Shown here one piece after another: positions 57,554 through 64,000 of a stretch of DNA of 64,000 bases. A program made the position numbers and the translations under genes. How positions within the stretch are numbered: position 1 is the stretch's first letter; every line of letters begins with the position of its first letter. Below the pieces are notes generated by a model. The model worked only from the letters and a program-made list of their open reading frames with translations. It did not search any database and had not been told where the DNA came from. Where the stretch lies: assembly GCA_030704615.1 (NCBI GenBank), contig CM060732.1, positions 69,502,001 through 69,566,000 on the forward strand, written 5' to 3'. This DNA is from Takakia lepidozioides (Eukaryota; Plantae; Bryophyta).

Positions 57554-58865
57554 GTAGCTTTGCAACTACCTTGATGTAGGAGATCCTAAATTTACTTGCA
57601 TGGAGGTAGTTATAAACTGTAAAAGCCAAAAAAAATATTAGTCCTTTAACGCATGGAGGTAGTTCGCTCCTATGTTAATGGGATGGTGGGGCCATCACTT
57701 GACCAGCCTCATTAGAATGAGGCCGCCCATGGGGGTCGGACATTGCAATCATGTGTGTGTGAACAAGGAGATCCCCACACAAGCCAAAAATGACCCAAAA
57801 ATGAACAAAAAAACCATGTTTGACCAGCCCTCACATCTGTTGGTCTTGGCCAAATTTCATGAAATGATAGGCAGTAGAAAAATCGCCAGATTTCGACCCG
57901 GAAAATGGGTCGGCTACTTCAAAGGAATTACAGGAGTAAAAAATAGAAAATTCGCCAGAAAGCGCCAATGATTAAATATCAGGAGCCAGATTTTTCCTAT
58001 GTGGGCCTGTTAAAATGTGACACGTGTTATATAGCCTCTTTTCTAACCCTACCACCTCGTTAAACTCGCCACATGGGCGCTAGGTTGAACTTACATGTGG
58101 CCTTTGTGGCGATTTTGGAAAAGTTAAAACAAAATCACTGCATCATACTGCACAAGAAGAAAAACCAAGCATGAAGACAGATCCCCATAAATAAAATCGG
58201 GCTAATATAATAATATATTTATTACATAGTAATATTAGATAGTATTTTTATTATTTCTTTTTTTAAAGCTCAAACTAAAGTTTTGAGGTACCTCAAAACA
58301 CCGTATAGTTGAAGTTATATTGATAAAGGGGAAAAATAAAATTTCAAAGATGTTATATATAAAAACATATCCAACGGGTAAAAGATAAGCCCCGAAAAAA
58401 CTGGTTGTAGATGAGATCCTGATAATTACTAATACAACTAAGGGCACCATAGCTATAGAAGAAGAAAAAGAGTCATACTGCCTACCCCTCCCATCTTCAA
58501 CTGCTCGCCCCGCAATTCTAGTCTATATCAGAATATCGCCAGCAACCATATTGCAACTGGGATGTTTGCCAGGTGGTTATGTCATTTTCTCTAAACCCTA
58601 AGTCCTATAGATAACCGAGAATGTGCTCAATGACACATGTATGCTGTCTTAGAGGTTGCATAGAAAGCAAAAGAAGAAGGACCAAAGTCTCCCCATAGCC
58701 ATGCAGGAAGAAGCTTGCAATTTGAAAGAAAAGAGCAAAGAGAGATCCAAGAGAGATCCTAGCTTATGTATTTTGAAGTGGTTTTTGCTATGCAATGTGT
58801 GTATCTTAGTTCAGGGTTTTTCTTAACAAGATAATTGTACTTATTTTAGGATGCAGAGTCTAAAC

Positions 58866-59368
58866 TAGTGTTGGACTAGTTCATATATGAAGGACTGGTA
58901 ATGTATTGGTATATAGAGAGAAAGAGACTCCGGCCAAAGCCGGCGTAACTAAGAGCCACTTCGAATTACAGCTATTGGTATATACACTGGTATTGAGTAC
59001 CATACTAGTCTGGTATCATTTGGGGGCAATACTTGGTCATCTACGAGACCAGGCTGGTGTAAGTTTTTCCATACCAACCACAATAATACCAATAATACCG
59101 GTACTCCCCCCTCGCCTTCCTCAATTACTCTGGTATGTGTTTTATATTATTTTATGTGTAACATATGCCTACATACTTGTACATATGTATGTTTTTCTCT
59201 TTATGTGTATTGTATTTGTTTTCACTTGATACTTGCTATTTGATAAACTGACGACTTTGGAATGAAACCAAAATTGATATCTCATACTAGCTGGTATTGT
59301 GGTCATGATACTCATACTTATACCAGTATCTGGCAAAAAATACATCCACCATTATATATAGACCAGAC
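58866..59368. mobile_element. Truncated copy of the same hAT-type MITE
   Basis: Starts TAGTGTTGGACT; body colinear with 57110-57490; right TIR missing. Confidence 0.75.
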
Positions 59369-59881
59369 GTTCTATGTCCTTATATATACTTAAAGCTGTG
59401 AGGCCTCCGTCCCTCATTTACTTTAAAAATAAATAAATAAATCCATAGAGGTTTCAACGTTTCAACATAGGTAGGTGTATAAGCCTGGTTCCTTCAAAAA
59501 AAAAAAAAAAAAACAATAAAAAAAGAAAGAAAAAAAAGCCATGACTACTAATTACAAATAACTCAATGGAAGAAATACCCCTTTCTCTTTAAAAACAATT
59601 AAAAAAAATGATTTGGTCGCCTCGCTCTCGCAGCTCCTAGAAGCTTCCCGGGCGTTGCGTTTGCTTGCTGCGCACTCCTTGCACCCATCTTCTAAGCTCC
59701 CGACCGCCCACCTCAGGGAGATCGTTCTACACTAGTCACATCGGAGCTCTTGTCAGAAATTTTTAGAGGTGATCTTGGCTTTCGTAAGCAGAGGTTTCTG
59801 TAATTCGTTAGATTGGGTGAGTTAGCCTGCATCGAGCATTGCTCGCTACGTTGGCAGTAGGGTTGGAATCCCCCAAAGATC

Positions 59882-62244
59882 ATGATGGGGAGCCTGGGAA
59901 CCGTGCTCAGGTCTGCGGTGAGGAGGCAATTTGTGGTGGCAGGGTTGCGAGCGTATCATGGTGGACATGTTGGTACTACTGTCTTGCGGGAGTATTTGGT
60001 TGAAGCTCCTGCGCGGCCATTGAGTGCAAGTTTTTCGAGGATATCCCGGACATGGACGCCTTTCAGTTACAGCATGAGCACCGCCGCCGCCGAGCAGGTG
60101 CAGGATCCGCCGCCTCCTGTGCCACAGGACCAGAAGGACAAGCGGGAAACTGTGGAGATGGAGCATTCACAATACTGGGGAATTGTTGCCAAGCAGCAGA
60201 TGCGGGATGATGGGACTCCCTGGCCATGGAATAGCTTCAGGGTAAGTGGTGCACTCTCTTGCCCCCAATATGTCTAGCTTCTGACTCGGAGGCAGGAGCT
60301 ATTGTCAGAATCGCCTCTGAGGGAATCTTTGCCCTCGTCCATCGGCAAAGTGTTGGACGTCTCTGTGGCAGACATCTACCTGCTGTGTTAATTACCAGAT
60401 ACCAGAAACGAGGACTCCGAAATTCTTTGCCTATTGTTGATGAGGAGCCACAGTACACTACTTCGAGTTAGCTCTGGTCTATGGCCTGTGTTTGCACTTT
60501 TGTCAATGGAGAGTCATGCAAGAGTTTCTTGTTTCCATGATTTTTCAGTGCATCAATCGTAATGTGTTGTTGGACATGGTGGGGTGGATGTTTTGCAGCC
60601 AATAGATGCTTATGTCCCAGACATTACTATTGATTTGAAAAAACACCACAAACCAGAATCCTGGACAGACACGGTGGCATTTTGGGTGGTCAAGTCCCTG
60701 CGTTTACCAACAGATCTGTTTTTCAGGGTGAGATTTCAGCCAGCTCTTGCCAATGAAAGGGGCATATGTCCGTCTCAATAGCCTGCTTATACTATTTATT
60801 TGCCTCCCCATTCTCTCAGATTTATTATTGTCAGACTAGACAATGTTCAGCTAATTACAGAGTGTGAGCTGCTGCAATACTTTCCAGGAGTTGTTGTCTT
60901 ATGCATCAAAGACAGCAAGTGTTCGGGTTTCAAGCAGTAGGTAGTTGTGGCTTTTCTTGAGCATCACCAAGTGCTCATGAGAAATGTGGGAATTGATGAT
61001 GCCTTTGATGGTCCCAAGCAGCATCATTGAGTGCAGGATTTGTGGTGTCTCTGCATACCAGGAAAGGTGCTCTACGAATATGAAATTTAGTGCAGCACCT
61101 GCCTGGTCTGCAGGGATGAGGTGAGTTACTATTCCCTGCTCTAGGCTTACAATCATGCATTTATCCTTCCGTTCACTGCTGTAGGTTACCAATATGCATT
61201 TACGTTGTCTAAGCTTAAGGTTGTTGAATCTTACGCCCATTTGGGAAGCATGACATATTGTAATTACTCTAGCAATGTAGTATAACCTTAGAAATCTCTC
61301 AATTTAAAATTAGCATCTCTGACCTTTTTGGGCCATTCTAAGGCTTTCTGTCCATTACTCCTGAAAAGGTCATCAGTAACCAGCACCTGAGAACATTCTT
61401 TGTGTATGCAGAAACGGTATGGTTGCAGGGCAATGATGTTGGAGACAGTGGCAGCTGTGCCAGGAATGGTTGGTGGCATGTTGTTGCACTTCAAGTCTTT
61501 GCGCAGATTCGAACATAGCGGTGGGTGGATAAAGGCTCTTCTAGAGGAGGCTGAGAATGAAAGGATGCATCTGATGACCTTTATGGAAGTGGCACAGCCC
61601 AAGTGGTATGAACGAGCTCTTGTTGTTGCAGTGCAAGGCGTCTTTTTCAATGCCTACTTCGTGCTATACCTCATATCGCCCCGTCTTGCACACCGAATCA
61701 CTGGATACTTGGAGGAAGAAGCCATTTATTCATACACACAGTTTCTGACGGAGATTGAGAAAGGGAATATACCCAATGGTCCAGCACCCGCTATTGCCAT
61801 CGATTACTGGAGGTTGCCAAAGGATGCAAATATCTACGATGTGGTGATGGTTGTCCGTGCAGATGAAGCACACCATCGTGATGTTAATCACTTTGCAGCG
61901 GTAAGCTACCTAGTTCATGCAAATTGGGATAGGTTTTGATAGTAATCTTTTGCTCAGAGTGCTGGACTATGTAATGGATAGTGGGTGTGACCCATTCTCT
62001 GTATGGTTTGTTGGGCTAGATACTGCAATGCTGATAGATAAATTCCATGTGCATGGGAAATGAGTTGGACCAATGTTGTTCAGTGTGACATGGACAGGGT
62101 GCTGTTTTGTGGGTCAGCCAAGGTGAAGTTTTGAAGCTGATCTCTGTTTCTTATATGAGAAAATGGATTGTCTTTTGTGTGCAGGATATTCATAAGCAAG
62201 GGAAAGAATTGCGTGAGGCAGCAGCACCTATTGGATATCACTAG
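59882..62244 (+). CDS. AOX: Mitochondrial alternative oxidase; exons 59882-60241, 60599-60727, 61412-61900, 62185-62244
   Basis: [37 protein letters not shown], terminal APIGYH*; canonical 4-exon plant structure with GT-AG introns; presequence-like N-terminus. Confidence 0.97.
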
Positions 62245-63831
62245 GCAGATACAGGATCTGGCCCTAGCTAAATTTTGGCAGCCAGCTTTAGGAGTATAAG
62301 GGCTTGTTTTCCATGTCTTTGAAGTGGCCGCTGCCAACCACTGTAACAGGTAGGAACTAGGAACCTCTAAAGGTAGAGAAGATAGTAGTAGCTACCATCT
62401 CATACTAGATGTAGATTGCAACTCGTCTTTGTGTGACATCTATGATGGAGTAGACTTGGCCCAAGTATGAACAGAGCAGGCTCGTTGGATGAGCATGGTA
62501 AATTGAAAGACACTTACCTCAGCTTCATACCTCCAACCTATTTGTCTGCCTTTTGGTGTCAGACTCACGAGTAGAGTTTATTTCGTCTGGTCATCTGTTG
62601 CAGCTGCTAGCCAAGCCCTCAATAGCCAGAGTTCACATCTCCACACCCCACTCCTTTACAGGTAGAAACACCACTGAAAATCCTGATTACTAACCAAGTC
62701 GCCTGCCTCTCAGCTCCTAAATATTCTCTTCTATGGCATATCTGCCACAAGCTTGTGTTTGGACATCATGTCATGATGACAATGGGGAATAGGGAACTTA
62801 GTCTCTCGTGATGACAAACAGAGTAGGTAAACAATACACCATTAAATATCACTGCACAGTTTCAAACAAATTGGGTTGTCCTGAGGATCGCATCAGAGCA
62901 GCTCTAAGTGGAAATTAGGAAATACCTACAGAGGACAGAGTCATCCACAATGAGAATCCAGATCGCAATTCTTGCAACACATTCGTAATTCAACCTCAGA
63001 AGCTTCTATTTTCGCATCCCACCACCTCTCTTTCGCAGGAAATTCACAATAGTAACGGCCGAAAGTGGGACTAGAACGTTGGTTCACAGATCCCTTCCAA
63101 GCTGCTCCCTGAAGACGCATAAGATCCCAAATGCTGCATTCCCACATCAAACCTCTTCATGATCGCTTGACCGATCTCACCGTCTCGCCTCTACTTGTGC
63201 AGCAACCGATGCAAGATCCAAAAAAATACACCAAAGCTCACGTGCAGTTTAGCTGCAGGCGAGCTGCGCGTCACAAGCGGATACTTCGATTCTGGAAGCA
63301 GAATGAGAAAATACAGCTGCAGCAAGTAGCCACACAGAAGAAAAGCCAAACAAGTTTCCTTTGCAAACATGGAATCAAGTTGTCACATGCATTCCCGACG
63401 CTGCTTCCTCGCACTCACTCCATCGAAAACCCCCGCAACCCCATTCCTCACACACACTCTTGAAACTCATTCCTGCATCATCACAAACCCTTCCTCCTCT
63501 TCTTCGAAAGCAGAGAGAGAGAGAACGTTGTGCTGAACGCTTGGGTACCGGAAATCACCGGTGGACCGGTGTTTCTGATGAAATGAGACTGAAATTACTA
63601 TAATTTATAAACTATATATAATTATAATCGCTGCAATCCATTCAAAAGTGGGAAACAAAGCACGGGATTGGCGCAGAGGGATATCGCGGGAGCGTCTTAT
63701 CCGACCCTCGTCTCTCTCTCTCTCTCTGTCCCTCGCTTGTCTCTCTTCGTGTGCTTCACACGAGCTCGTCGACTCTAGCCCTGCTCCCCTTCCTTCTCTC
63801 GCGTCCACAACAGCTGCATTCTGAAGGTGCA

Positions 63832-64000
63832 ATGGCGGCTCTGGCAACGGCTTCAGCAGCGGCTGTAGCGGTGGCCGCACCGGCCGCCGCATCAGCCAGC
63901 ATAAGGGAGAAGAACGTGCAGCTGAGGATGTTCTCTCTTCAGGGACAGAAACTGCAAACCGTATGCAATGGTGCCCGCGTTTCGATGGCTACTGCCGAGG
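63832..64000 (+). CDS. 5' end of a chloroplast-targeted protein, probably a light-harvesting chlorophyll a/b-binding (Lhc) protein
   Basis: MAALATASAAAVAVAAPAAAS...NGARVSMATAE: an Ala-rich transit peptide ending in an NG.R..M cleavage motif typical of Lhc precursors; the mature part lies outside the window. Confidence 0.5.
   Translation, partial: MAALATASAAAVAVAAPAAASASIREKNVQLRMFSLQGQKLQTVCNGARVSMATAE

Overview
Eukaryotic nuclear DNA from a land plant, most likely a seed-free or bryophyte-type lineage. This is inferred from spliceosomal introns, a PLS-DYW editing PPR, AOX, SABATH and an LHC-like transit peptide; the species cannot be determined from sequence alone. Positions 1-43 kb are a nest of transposons around a tandem duplication of a SABATH methyltransferase gene. 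The nest contains a ~20 kb Mutator-like element (SWIM transposase plus a giant Ulp1-protease gene), two non-autonomous Pack-CACTA elements, a LINE, a SINE, a long LTR-like block and a Ty3/gypsy element. The standout is the Ty3/gypsy element. Its single decayed polyprotein reads Gag(2 zinc knuckles)-protease-C5 cytosine DNA methyltransferase-RT-RNaseH-integrase-PHD finger. A ~7.5 kb inversion (~4350-11835) splits it inside the DNMT domain and also flips one arm of a CACTA element. Its body is bracketed by inverted arrays of a ~250 bp hairpin-containing repeat rather than by a pair of direct LTRs. Positions 45-64 kb are gene-rich: a PITH-domain gene, a PLS-DYW PPR, AOX and the start of an LHC-like gene, plus hAT-type MITEs, a SINE and PPR/LINE fragments. 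Coordinates were counted by eye and may be off by a few bases.
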